Shown here: piece after piece, positions 28,692-38,622 of the stretch | How positions within the stretch are numbered: position 1 is the stretch's first letter | How the letters are laid out: each line of letters begins with the position of its first letter | Assembly: GCA_964584125.1 (NCBI GenBank) | Contig: CAZOYP010000001.1 | Span: 54,952-118,951, forward strand | Source: an uncultured Nitrospinaceae bacterium | GTDB lineage: Bacteria; Nitrospinota; Nitrospinia; Nitrospinales; VA-1 | DNA: 64,000 nucleotides | Direction: 5' to 3' | Position numbers and translations under genes: made by a program | The notes under the pieces: model-generated | Told to the model about the DNA's origin: nothing | Databases searched by the model: none | What the model saw: only the letters and a program-made list of their open reading frames with translations

Positions 28692-29234
28692 TTATCCTAA
28701 AGATGACTTGGAAATAATGGATACTGGAAGATATTTTTCCCAGATTTCCAAGTGAGAGGTTGGTCCAGTTGGAACGTTAAAAAAAGGCCAATAAAAATCT
28801 GGTTTTGATGGTATTTTGAGAAGTTTCATTCCTTTTTCCGAAGGTGTTAAGTCACCTTTTTTCAAATTACAGGATTTACAGGCTGCTACTGAATTGACCC
28901 AATCGGACTTCCCCCCACGTGATTTTGGTAGTACGTGATCTACTGTTAATGAATTATTGCTTATTCCGCAATATTGACAAGTAAAGTTATCACGACGTAA
29001 GATATTTTTCTTACTAAAAGAAATTCCTCTACGTTTTGATCTTTTTACAATATTAAGAACACGAATTACTGCTGGAAGTTTGAAAGATGCTGTGGGGGAT
29101 CTTACTACATAACCATTGTTTTCAATGGACTCTGCACGCTCACTGAAAACCATTATGATTGCACGCTTCGCGCTACAAAACTGCAGTGGTTCATAAGAAT
29201 AGTTTAAAACCAAGCTTTTTACGGAATCTAACAT
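28692..29234 (-). CDS. HNH endonuclease-domain protein (small conserved McrA-like type)
   Basis: It has CQYCG...VDHVLPKSRGG...CKSCNLKKG and the N-terminal VLNYSYEPL block. Confidence 0.8.
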   Translation of the reverse strand: MLDSVKSLVLNYSYEPLQFCSAKRAIIMVFSERAESIENNGYVVRSPTASFKLPAVIRVLNIVKRSKRRGISFSKKNILRRDNFTCQYCGISNNSLTVDHVLPKSRGGKSDWVNSVAACKSCNLKKGDLTPSEKGMKLLKIPSKPDFYWPFFNVPTGPTSHLEIWEKYLPVSIISKSSLG

Positions 29235-29362
29235 AATATTAAAAAAAAACCTGTAAAAATTTCAAATTAACCCTGACATTAGAATAATATTAACTATAAG
29301 AATTTTATCTTTAGGACACACCGACTGTCAACTTGCTTGATTTATCTAAGGAAACAACAATA

Positions 29363-30778
29363 TTAAAATATATTACCCTTTCCAAGTAAAAACCTGGGAT
29401 CAAAAACCTCTTTAATCGCCTTTAATTCATTCAAAGAATCATCCCCTACCATTTGTAAAAAATACTTTTTCTTCAGTTTGCCAATACCATGTTCCGCTGA
29501 AACTGTGCCATCCCATTCAAGAACTTGAGAAACAAGCCTTGCATATAATTCATGAGATTTTTCAACTTCACTCTCATTTGGTAATAAATTTATATGCAAA
29601 TGATTATCACCTAAATGGCCAAATATAACATAATCGACATTTGCTTTTTCTAGCTCATATTTATAAAACCGCAACATATCAAAAAAATATTTATCTGGAA
29701 CAGCCATATCAGTTCCAATTTTAGTTCTTCTAATGCGGCTATTTTCTTCATTTAACAATACTGGAATCGCGTGTCTAAAATTATGGAATCGCTTTATATC
29801 AGCATTAGTCTGAGCAAACCAAGAATCACTAAGAACACTAGTATTGCTTATATAATCGAACCATGCTTCCAATGCGGGTTCGTAATCCAATCTATTTGCA
29901 ATATCATTCTCAAAAAAAAGAGCCGATTGTGCTTTAGAGGGGATATTTAAAAATTTTTTTCTCAAGCGACTTAATGAATTATTATCAAAGTATTCAAGCG
30001 AACAAGGGTCCAAAAAATTAATAGCTGATTTTTTAATTGAATCTACCAAACGCCAACATTCTTCTTCTTCTTGAAAAAATAAAATACCACTTATAAAGGA
30101 AAATGGCCTTAAATGAAGTTTTAACCTAATACGGGTAAATATACCCAATGTCCCATCTGAACCAATAAAAAGATCTAACCAGTCCATATTAGGTCTTACA
30201 TAATATCCAGCAGCATTTTTGCATACTGGACTCTTATATTTAATCTCTGGAAACAATACTTTTCTATCACCAGGAAGCTTCAGAGGCTTGTTAACGGTAA
30301 CACCTCTTTTCAAGGTGATTAAGGTTCCATCAGTTAAAACAATATCGGCTTCAATAACATGGTCTCTTGTTACACCAAATTTATAACTTCTGGACCCAGA
30401 GGCATTTGTAGCAAGAGTCCCTCCAATAGATGCAAGACTTTCAGTTGGATTAGGTGGATAAAAATATTTTGTTGTATCTAGTTTTTCATAAATTTTAGCA
30501 AGGGATACAGCTGGGCCGACATCGATAAAACCATTTTCGATAGTACCCATACTATCAAACCGTTCAAGCGATATAATACAACCAGACTCTGGAATACGTG
30601 ATGCAGTCATGCCTGTTCCCGCACCTGCAACTGTGATTAAACCTTTATTAGTTTTTAAGAAAGAGGAAAGTTCGTCAGTAGATTCTGGAATAATAACTTT
30701 TTCTGCAGTTCCACCCAAATAGTTTGAAGCATCCTGAAGATACGGAGAGATTGTTTGAGGATCTGTCTTAAAAATCAT
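29363..30778 (-). CDS. FAD-linked oxidase (GlcD/D-lactate dehydrogenase family)
   Basis: At 471 aa it has an FAD-binding PCMH-type N-terminus (AGAGTGMT, GGTLATNASGSRSYKFG) and a C-terminal SAEHGIG. Confidence 0.8.
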   Translation of the reverse strand: MIFKTDPQTISPYLQDASNYLGGTAEKVIIPESTDELSSFLKTNKGLITVAGAGTGMTASRIPESGCIISLERFDSMGTIENGFIDVGPAVSLAKIYEKLDTTKYFYPPNPTESLASIGGTLATNASGSRSYKFGVTRDHVIEADIVLTDGTLITLKRGVTVNKPLKLPGDRKVLFPEIKYKSPVCKNAAGYYVRPNMDWLDLFIGSDGTLGIFTRIRLKLHLRPFSFISGILFFQEEEECWRLVDSIKKSAINFLDPCSLEYFDNNSLSRLRKKFLNIPSKAQSALFFENDIANRLDYEPALEAWFDYISNTSVLSDSWFAQTNADIKRFHNFRHAIPVLLNEENSRIRRTKIGTDMAVPDKYFFDMLRFYKYELEKANVDYVIFGHLGDNHLHINLLPNESEVEKSHELYARLVSQVLEWDGTVSAEHGIGKLKKKYFLQMVGDDSLNELKAIKEVFDPRFLLGKGNIF

Positions 30779-30783
30779 TTATA

Positions 30784-30954
30784 TTACCAATTAAAATTAT
30801 TTGCCATTTTTTCATTAACTGCAAAGGTTTTGCATTGCTGCGATAGAAGAGCTTCAACTTTTCGGCTCGACTCTTTATTTACACCGACGACAAGAGCACG
30901 TTTTCCTATTAAATTAAGATCAACAAGCTTAGGAAGACTCCACAGTACATAATT
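30784..30954 (-). pseudogene. Start-less remnant resembling the N-terminus of precorrin-2 dehydrogenase/siroheme synthase (SirC/CysG-N)
   Basis: The minus-strand frame reads NYVLWSLPKLVDLNLIGKRALVVGVNKESSRKVEALLSQQCKTFAVNEKMANNFNW*. This matches the pattern LP-x5-L-x-GK-x-LVVGGG-x-VA-x-RK-x3-LL. The glycine motif is degraded and no ATG/GTG/TTG follows the upstream TAG. Confidence 0.35.
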
Positions 30955-31065
30955 CTAACATATATCACTCAGCATAAATTGGTCGGAAAATACGATTGTA
31001 GATTAATCAATACTCCTATAACATTCACAATAAAAGCTACATGTAAATTTGCTCTTGGGGGCTAG

Positions 31066-32010
31066 ATGGATCAACACAGTATTAATAAAAATGCGGTAAT
31101 AGATGGAATTACTTTAGCTTTAAGTAAACCTGACACGACAAAACCTGAATGGATTGGTCAAGGTGAAGTTTTAAGGCAAGTATTAGCATGCTGGATGGTC
31201 ATATCAGATAAAGACCTTCCATTATCTCCTAGAATTATTGGTATGCCAGGAATTGGGAAAACAACCTTAGGAATGGTTGCGGCTTTAGAAAGAAAACAAC
31301 CGCTATATATCTACCAATGCACCAGTGACACTAGACCTGAAGATTTACTTGTTACTCCGGTGTTAGCTGAATCAGGAAAAATTTCTTATCACGCATCGCC
31401 TCTTGTAACTGCAATGATTAACGGTGGAGTCTGTATTCTCGATGAAGGTAATAGAATGAATGAAAAAAGTTGGGCTTCGCTGGCCCCTCTTCTGGACCAT
31501 AGACGCTATGTTGAATCCATTATTGCCGGACTTCGGATACATGCACACAAAAATTTTCGTGCTTGCATAACAATGAATAATGATGAGTCAACATTTGAAA
31601 TTCCTGATTATATCTTATCTAGACTTCAACCAACTCTAACGTTAAATATGCCTAATGAGGAAGATGAAATTGCTATACTAAAATATCATCTCCCCTTTGC
31701 AGAATCAGAATTACTTGAGATGACCGTAAATTTTTTACAAAAATCTCATCAACTCGATCTTGAATTTTCACCAAGAGACGGTCTTCATATATTGCAATAC
31801 GCTATGAAAAGGTTAATTCAAGAAAAAAATCATCCAATATCAAAAGATACTATTTGGCAAGAATCAATCAAAAAAGTTCTTGGAGACGACGCATTAGATT
31901 TGGATGAAATGGCCGAAAAGAAAAACCGTGCTCTAGGAGGAACACACTTACCGAAAGGGCTGGGTGATTTCTTTTTTGATGAAGACAGTCCAATTCATCC
32001 GGACAGATAA
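31066..32010 (+). CDS. AAA_5 / MoxR-CbbQ-type AAA+ ATPase
   Basis: It has Walker [10 protein letters not shown] and Walker [11 protein letters not shown], followed by [10 protein letters not shown]. At 314 aa it is a single AAA+ module. Confidence 0.8.
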   Translation: MDQHSINKNAVIDGITLALSKPDTTKPEWIGQGEVLRQVLACWMVISDKDLPLSPRIIGMPGIGKTTLGMVAALERKQPLYIYQCTSDTRPEDLLVTPVLAESGKISYHASPLVTAMINGGVCILDEGNRMNEKSWASLAPLLDHRRYVESIIAGLRIHAHKNFRACITMNNDESTFEIPDYILSRLQPTLTLNMPNEEDEIAILKYHLPFAESELLEMTVNFLQKSHQLDLEFSPRDGLHILQYAMKRLIQEKNHPISKDTIWQESIKKVLGDDALDLDEMAEKKNRALGGTHLPKGLGDFFFDEDSPIHPDR

Positions 32011-32015
32011 CAGCA

Positions 32016-33842
32016 ATGGGAATATTTTATCTAAGTAAAAAAATCTGCTTTCTACCTGTAATACATGGGAGCTCCAATTTTACTCATATTATAAGAGATC
32101 GCATATTATCATCTTCAACTGACTGCTTGGCCGTTGGTCTTCCCCCCGAATTTAAAGAAACAGTTGAAGATGGAATTAATCGACTCCCATTAATTACTCT
32201 TTGTTCCCAAAAAGAATCATCAGGATCATTTAATTATGTTCCAATAGACCCCTGCCAACCAATTATCACGGGTCTTCGTATTGCTTCTCAAGAGGGGATC
32301 CCTAGAAAGTTTATTGATTATAGTTGTGATAACTATGAGCCTAGAAAAATAAACTTTCCTGATTCTTATGCATTAAGACATATTTCGTATGAAAAATTTT
32401 GTGCTATGCTTTTATTCTCAATTAAACGACCTAAAGATGGCACCCTTCATGACAAAAGAGCACGGTGGATAGCCTACCAACTTCATCAACTTGAAATGGA
32501 TTTTAAAAATATAACTGTCATCTGCTCAATTCTAGATTGGCCCTGGATAAAAGAAGCTTACAATGAAAGAAAGCCATACGACCAAATAAAAACAACTTTA
32601 GATATTCCCAAAATATATGGAGTAGAAAAACAATCACTGTTTTTTGCTCTTGCTGAATTTCCTTACATTATTTATCTGAACGAATTATATCGACAACAAA
32701 TAAAATCTGATAAAGAGGTTATAGTAGACGGAATAAAAGAAATTCTTCTAAAAGCTAGAAACATTTTCACCAAAAAACATAAGCTACGTTTCCACAATCT
32801 TACATCGCAAACTTTTCAAACATACTTGCAATACGTTAGAAATTTAACATTGATGGAAAACCGTTTAACCCCAGATCTATATACTTTAATAACAGCTGCA
32901 AAACAATTTAGCGGAGACCCTTTCGCAATTGCTGTTCTCGAAGCTGCAAGAGAATATCCTTTTCAAGATATTGAACCCTCTACAATAGAATCTTTAGTCC
33001 TTGGAATCGACAAAGCTATTAGTAGTGATAATAACTCTATCAATATGAAGAATCGCCTATCAGAAATTCAAACGGAATGGCGTGGAGTTAAGCTGAAACC
33101 AGAACCTGACACAAAAAAACAAACTCAATGGAAGTACAACTGGAATCCCTATGGACAATGCTCTTGGCCTCCTGAAGACGATCAAATAGAAAGCTTTAAC
33201 ACTCATGTACGCGAACAAAGTAAGTTACTTTTGAGCAATGACCTCGCCCGGTCTGAAAAGTTTACTTCCTCTTTAAAAGATGGCGTAGATCTGCGAGATA
33301 CCCTTCGCAATTGGCACGAAGGGGGGATATATGTTAAAGAAATACCAGCATCACGTGGACGAGTAGAAATAGTAGTTTTTATTTTTGATATAGAGCCCAA
33401 CCCAAAAAACTACTCGTGGTGCCAAACTTGGTACGCTGAACATAATGAGGAATCAACACTTTGTTTTTTTGCAACAGACTATATGAATGACATGGTCGGA
33501 CCAGGTGTAGGAAGAGCTACATATGGAGGATGCATGATGATTTACCCTCCCAGACCGATACCTGACATCTGGAAGGATCCGAGAATTCACATAGGAAAAA
33601 CTTTAGAAGAAAAACTATTGGAAGCAGCTTTTTTTCATTCACAAGAAAAACATATAACCATTGTTACGCCATGCCTACCAAAGTCACTTTGGAGAAAGAT
33701 TTCTTACAAATATAATAAAAGTATTGTTCATATACCACTAAAACGTTTCTCCAACCAAACCATCGAAAAAATTCGAAGGTTTCATGTTCTCAATGGAAGA
33801 GAAATAAGATCGTTTGCAAACCACTTTATCCAAGATTTGTAA
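32016..33842 (+). CDS. Large uncharacterised partner of the AAA_5 ATPase (possibly YehM/DUF5682-like; unverified)
   Basis: It starts 5 nt after the ATPase stop. At 608 aa it is soluble-looking and Trp/Cys-rich (QCSWPPEDD, WCQTWYAEH). The N-terminal FLPVIHGSS...CLAVGLPPEF is reminiscent of TraB/ChaN-like starts. Confidence 0.6.
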   Translation: MGIFYLSKKICFLPVIHGSSNFTHIIRDRILSSSTDCLAVGLPPEFKETVEDGINRLPLITLCSQKESSGSFNYVPIDPCQPIITGLRIASQEGIPRKFIDYSCDNYEPRKINFPDSYALRHISYEKFCAMLLFSIKRPKDGTLHDKRARWIAYQLHQLEMDFKNITVICSILDWPWIKEAYNERKPYDQIKTTLDIPKIYGVEKQSLFFALAEFPYIIYLNELYRQQIKSDKEVIVDGIKEILLKARNIFTKKHKLRFHNLTSQTFQTYLQYVRNLTLMENRLTPDLYTLITAAKQFSGDPFAIAVLEAAREYPFQDIEPSTIESLVLGIDKAISSDNNSINMKNRLSEIQTEWRGVKLKPEPDTKKQTQWKYNWNPYGQCSWPPEDDQIESFNTHVREQSKLLLSNDLARSEKFTSSLKDGVDLRDTLRNWHEGGIYVKEIPASRGRVEIVVFIFDIEPNPKNYSWCQTWYAEHNEESTLCFFATDYMNDMVGPGVGRATYGGCMMIYPPRPIPDIWKDPRIHIGKTLEEKLLEAAFFHSQEKHITIVTPCLPKSLWRKISYKYNKSIVHIPLKRFSNQTIEKIRRFHVLNGREIRSFANHFIQDL

Positions 33843-34087
33843 TATTTATATTTTAAAATCCAAAAATCTGAGGGCTTACTATTTTTTACATCTAACATTT
33901 AAAACTAACATAAAATTAAACAATTAGGCTTCTGATTAATAATTATGTATAATTTCAAATAGTTACGCAGTATTCATAATTAATCAATTAACTAGTCTAT
34001 TTCCTACTTACCTATACTCAACTTCACATCAACGAATTTTCTTTTTACTCAAATTAAGTCAACATATTTTAGATAATACACATAAAT

Positions 34088-35659
34088 ATGGAAAGTAATC
34101 ATAAGTTAGGTCAGGCTGCTAGCACCGTTGGAGGAATGACGTTTATCTCTCGCCTACTTGGCTTTGCAAGAGACCTTGTAATAGCGATGCAGTTTGGAGC
34201 AACTTTTGCGGCGGATGCTTTTTTTGTTGCATTTAGGATTCCTAATGTTCAGCGAAAGGTCCTTAGTGAAGGGGCAATTTCCGCGGCTTTTATTCCAGTT
34301 TTTACAGAAACCCGAACCCAAAGAGGGGATGAAGAAGCCTGGATAATGACCGGTAATTTATTTAATATTTTGTTAGCTGTGCTAATAACTTCATCTCTGG
34401 CTCTAGCTATATTTGCACCCTATATAATAATTATTTTTGCTCCCGGATTTATACCTAGTCCCGATAAATTTAATTTAACCGTTTTACTTACTCAATGGAT
34501 GGCACCTTATTTTCTTTTTATAGGATTGGCCGTTTTTTGCATGGGCATTCTTAATTCTTATAATATGTTTGCCTTGCCTGCAATTACTCCAGCAATTTTA
34601 AATATTTGCATGATTATAGGTGCATTAATAATTTCTCCTAAACTTGATCAACCGATTCTAGGACTCGCAATTGGAGTAGTTTTCGGAGGAGTACTTCAAT
34701 TTATAATTCAAGTTCCAGCCATTTTTCAATGTGGTTTTAAACTTACTTCCACCATCAATTGGAAAAATGCTGAAACTTTAAAAGTTTGCAAATTGATGCT
34801 CCCTGCTGTATTCGGGTTGGCTGTATACGAACTTAATATGCTAGTGGACACCCTACTTGCTTCTCTGCTACCAGAAGGCTCTATTTCTTATTTGTATTAT
34901 GGCAATCGCCTAGTGCAGTTACCACTTGGTATATTCGGCGTTGCACTAGGGATTGCTATTCTACCGATGCTATCTCGGCAAGTAGCAAATAAAGACTTCT
35001 CCGCAATGATAAAAACAATCTCCTTTGGAACCAGATTAATTTTGTTTGTTACAATACCTGCAACTATTGGTCTTATTATTTTAAGATTTCCAATCATAAA
35101 TACTTTGTGGGAAAGGGGAGAATTCAATAGAGTGACAACTGAAGGAACAGCAATTGCTCTGCTCTATTATTCTGCTGGCTTATGTGCATTTTGCGGACTA
35201 AAGATAATTGTCCCAGCATTTTATTCCTTACAAGATACAAAGACACCAGTAAGAATCGGAATATACTCAATGCTAGTAAATATAATACTTAATTTAATAC
35301 TCATGGGACCTTTAAAGCATGGTGGGTTAGCCTTAGCAACATCAATAGCAGCGCTATTCAATGTAGTTTTATTGATTTATTTACTTAGAAAACGTATAGG
35401 ATTAATGGGTGGACGAAAAATATTATCATCAGTTATTAAACTATTTTTCGTATCTGGAATCATGGGCATTGCGGTATATTATTTTAATATTGTTTTTTTC
35501 AATCCTAATGCCCAATTAATAATCAAACTCTTAATTCTTTCCGCAAACATTTCAATAGGTGTTTTAGTATATTTAGCTCTCTCTCGATTAATCCAAAACC
35601 AAGAACTATCGTTTCTAAGTGGTTTAATAGGCAACCGTAAAAATGAATCCAACATATAA
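34088..35659 (+). CDS. murJ: Lipid II flippase MurJ (MviN)
   Basis: The N-terminus TFISRLLGFARDLVIAMQFGA and AFRIPN match the family, ~14 TM helices are present, and length is 523 aa. Confidence 0.9.
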   Translation: MESNHKLGQAASTVGGMTFISRLLGFARDLVIAMQFGATFAADAFFVAFRIPNVQRKVLSEGAISAAFIPVFTETRTQRGDEEAWIMTGNLFNILLAVLITSSLALAIFAPYIIIIFAPGFIPSPDKFNLTVLLTQWMAPYFLFIGLAVFCMGILNSYNMFALPAITPAILNICMIIGALIISPKLDQPILGLAIGVVFGGVLQFIIQVPAIFQCGFKLTSTINWKNAETLKVCKLMLPAVFGLAVYELNMLVDTLLASLLPEGSISYLYYGNRLVQLPLGIFGVALGIAILPMLSRQVANKDFSAMIKTISFGTRLILFVTIPATIGLIILRFPIINTLWERGEFNRVTTEGTAIALLYYSAGLCAFCGLKIIVPAFYSLQDTKTPVRIGIYSMLVNIILNLILMGPLKHGGLALATSIAALFNVVLLIYLLRKRIGLMGGRKILSSVIKLFFVSGIMGIAVYYFNIVFFNPNAQLIIKLLILSANISIGVLVYLALSRLIQNQELSFLSGLIGNRKNESNI

Positions 35660-35734
35660 CAAACTCTTATTATTCTTTGATAAAAAAATAAAAATTAAGA
35701 AATCAAACATATAATTTAAAAAAGGAATAACCTT

Positions 35735-36346
35735 ATGCTAGCTTGTCTTGACCTTGAAGGGGTATTACTACCAGAAATATGGATTGCTTTTGCAGAACAA
35801 ACTGGTATCGAGGAACTTAAACTAACCACCAGAGATATTCCCGATTATGACGAGCTAATGCAAGGTAGATTAAAAATTCTTGAAGAAAATAATTTAAAAC
35901 TAATTGACATAGAAAATGTTATTAAAACATTATCACCATTAGAAGGGGCAATTGATTTCCTTAATTGGCTGAAATCTGAATTTCAAGTAATAATATTATC
36001 GGACACATTTTACCAATTTGCAGGACCACTAATGAAAAGCCTTGGTTACCCAGCTCTATTTTGCCACGAGCTCACTATTGACAAAAAAGGAAATATAACT
36101 GGGTACAAACTAAGGCAAAAGGACAGCAAAACAAAGGCTGTATCAGCCTTAAAAAAATTAAACTTTAAGGTGATTGCAGCAGGTGACTCATACAATGATA
36201 CCGGAATGCTTCAAGAAGCAGACGCAGGGATTCTATTTTGCCCACCAGAAAACGTAGTAAAAGAATTTCCGCAATTTCCTGTTTCAAAAAATTATGGGGA
36301 ATTTGAAAAGTCATTATTAAATATACGCGAATCTTTAAAAAAATAA
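35735..36346 (+). CDS. thrH: Phosphoserine phosphatase / homoserine phosphotransferase ThrH
   Basis: It is collinear with my recollection of Pseudomonas ThrH: ACLDLEGVLLPEIWIAFAEQTGI, TTRDIPDYD, VIILSDTFYQF, AAGDSYNDTGML and PENVVKEFPQFP. Confidence 0.8.
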   Translation: MLACLDLEGVLLPEIWIAFAEQTGIEELKLTTRDIPDYDELMQGRLKILEENNLKLIDIENVIKTLSPLEGAIDFLNWLKSEFQVIILSDTFYQFAGPLMKSLGYPALFCHELTIDKKGNITGYKLRQKDSKTKAVSALKKLNFKVIAAGDSYNDTGMLQEADAGILFCPPENVVKEFPQFPVSKNYGEFEKSLLNIRESLKK

Positions 36347-36350
36347 CCAC

Positions 36351-36869
36351 TTATTTATTTTTTTGGATTTCTGGTTTTATTAATTTACTTGAGATCCATC
36401 CAGTTTTTTCAAACACGTGAACTTTTGTCCACCCATTTTTTTCTTCTATAACATTCAAAATCATCCCTTCTTCCACTAACGCAATAATTTTTCCATTCAT
36501 TGATGGATTGGCGCGAACATTTGCAGATGATGCAATTACCCTTTGTTTTACTTCGTATGAGGCAGTATCATTATTTTTTAGACCATTACTCGACGGTTGT
36601 ATTTTCAGACCTCTATCAATAGGCGTAGTCATGTTTTCACCTGAGTATTCAAATCTAACTAAGGCAATGACACCAAAAAAAGCGATTAGGCCAGCAATTC
36701 TAAAAACTGCCTGCTCTAGTGTTATACCAGTTTCTTCTGGTTCTTTTGGGGGAAGTTCCGGAGGGCCACATTCAAAGCAAAAAATTGCCTTAGATATAAT
36801 TTTCGCACCACAAACAGAGCAAAAAGAGGTCGATTGTATCTCACTAGAATATTTTCTACCAATGCTCAT
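36351..36869 (-). CDS. Zinc-ribbon / single-TM / SH3b-domain protein
   Basis: It has CSVCG...CFECG, a TM helix, and the C-terminal SH3-like block ANVRANPSMNGKIIALVEEG...GWTKV...GWISSKLI. Confidence 0.65.
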   Translation of the reverse strand: MSIGRKYSSEIQSTSFCSVCGAKIISKAIFCFECGPPELPPKEPEETGITLEQAVFRIAGLIAFFGVIALVRFEYSGENMTTPIDRGLKIQPSSNGLKNNDTASYEVKQRVIASSANVRANPSMNGKIIALVEEGMILNVIEEKNGWTKVHVFEKTGWISSKLIKPEIQKNK

Positions 36870-36922
36870 TTTAAAAAAGGGGGAGTGTCACTTAGTTTAA
36901 CTATTATAATTTATAAATCTGG

Positions 36923-38419
36923 CTATATTTTTTTTAGGTAGTCTATATAAAGGGTAGGATCTAGTTGATTCCCTGTAACTTTTAAAATAAGATTATCCGT
37001 TGAATATAATCTTCCTTTCTGATGAATATTTTCATTAAGCCATTTTTTAACACACAAGAAGTTTCCTTCCTTAATTTTTGTTGAAACGTCGTTTATATCA
37101 TTTAACATTTTAGAATAAAACTGACATGCATACATAGCTCCAAGGGTATATGAAGGAAAGTACCCGAATGCCCCTCCACTCCAATGAACATCTTGCAGCA
37201 ACCCTTCAGAATCAGAGGTTGGCCTTATACCAAAATACTCTTCCATTTTATCATTCCAAATTTCAGGAAGGTTTTTGACATTAATAGTCTCATCAAACAA
37301 CCCTTTTTCAATCTCATAACGAATTATAATATGAATAGGATATGTTACTTCATCCGCTTCTACACGAATAAAAGATGGCTCACACTTATTGATAGCACAG
37401 TAAAAAGTATCTAAAGAAACACCTTTTAATGCTTCTGGGAAGGTTTTCAAAAATAGATCCATATAATGATGACAAAAACATAAACTTTGAGCAATCATTC
37501 GTTCCCAAAATAAAGATTGAGATTCATGGATTGCCATGGTTAATGACTCTGAAACGGGCAAATCCAGAAAATCTAACATTCTGCCTTGTTCATATAAGCC
37601 GTGACCTGTTTCATGTATTACGGCAAAAAGTGATTCAATAAAATTTTTTGATTGATAGCGTGTAGTAATTCTAACATCTGTTGGATGGCCTCCACCACAA
37701 AAGGGATGAAGTGAAACATCCATTCTACCTTTATCATAATCAAATCCAATATCTTTGCTAATAATCATCCCCAAGGTCTTCTGTTTTTCGATAGGAAAAT
37801 TACCTTTCAAAAAATCTGTATTGGGATCGAACGAAGAATTTTTAATTGCAGCGATAAGTGGAATTAATTCCTTTTTCAATTCATCAAATATCGGGGTAAG
37901 AGATTCAATCCTCATCCCTCTTTCAAAAATATCAATATTTGCGTCATAAGGGTCCAAGTTTGGAAAGGCAAATTCTGCCCATTTTTTTTTAAGAAAAATT
38001 AATTGTTCAAGTGTGGGAGAAAAGTCTTCAAACTTATTTTCCTCTCTTGCCTTAGCCCATACTTGATGACCACGTGAGCTCAGTTCTGCTATTTCCTGTA
38101 TCAATTTTTTTGGAATCTTTGTTTCTAATTCATGTACACGTTTAGCCTCATTTATATTGGATCTCTCAATTTCTGTAAAAATGGCTGGGTCAGCATTGAC
38201 TAGCTTATCTATTAATCCACCGAAGTCAGAATCAATAGACTTCTCATGCAAAACTCCAGCAAGTGTAGCCATCTGCTTAGACCTATTATCTGAGGCTCCT
38301 TTAGGCATAATGACTTCCTGGTCCCAATGCATGGTTGCCATTACACCTTCTAAACGACTTCGTTCCTCTAGCTTGCTAACTAACTGCTTGTATGTCTCCC
38401 TTATTGCTTTTGAGTTCAT
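36923..38419 (-). CDS. M32 carboxypeptidase (Taq-type)
   Basis: Motifs HETGHGLYEQG, HESQS, IRVEADE and DVHWS are present. Length is 498 aa. Confidence 0.88.
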   Translation of the reverse strand: MNSKAIRETYKQLVSKLEERSRLEGVMATMHWDQEVIMPKGASDNRSKQMATLAGVLHEKSIDSDFGGLIDKLVNADPAIFTEIERSNINEAKRVHELETKIPKKLIQEIAELSSRGHQVWAKAREENKFEDFSPTLEQLIFLKKKWAEFAFPNLDPYDANIDIFERGMRIESLTPIFDELKKELIPLIAAIKNSSFDPNTDFLKGNFPIEKQKTLGMIISKDIGFDYDKGRMDVSLHPFCGGGHPTDVRITTRYQSKNFIESLFAVIHETGHGLYEQGRMLDFLDLPVSESLTMAIHESQSLFWERMIAQSLCFCHHYMDLFLKTFPEALKGVSLDTFYCAINKCEPSFIRVEADEVTYPIHIIIRYEIEKGLFDETINVKNLPEIWNDKMEEYFGIRPTSDSEGLLQDVHWSGGAFGYFPSYTLGAMYACQFYSKMLNDINDVSTKIKEGNFLCVKKWLNENIHQKGRLYSTDNLILKVTGNQLDPTLYIDYLKKI

Positions 38420-38622
38420 TCAAGTGTGTTTATTAAATCCTGCATTAATAATACAAAATTCACCTGGTGTTATTCCAAAAAAATAGATAAATGTTTTAAT
38501 TTTAAAAACATTATAAAAACAATTACAGAAAGAAGAAATATGGAAGGAATGACTGACGAAGATCTATGTATCCGATATTTGCATACTTATCATTTTAAAA
38601 TAAGAGCTTCATAAAAAATCTC

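Noticed and set aside
28692-29234. HNH endonuclease as part of a restriction or defence island
   Set aside because: It is the small stand-alone HNH type (VLNxSYEPL N-terminus) that I recall as widely conserved. No methyltransferase, helicase or other defence partner is adjacent, and the flanks are housekeeping-like.
30755-30952. 65-aa plus-strand ORF in the spacer upstream of the AAA_5 gene
   Set aside because: It has no protein-like features. The opposite strand carries a recognisable SirC/CysG-N-like remnant, so this is probably the antisense shadow of that relic.
36508-36900. 130-aa plus-strand ORF antisense to the zinc-ribbon/SH3 gene; similar antisense ORFs occur within carB, fabG, fabH, mltD, the M32 peptidase and others
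   Set aside because: Each lies entirely within, and antisense to, a gene with strong family motifs. None has a recognisable motif of its own.
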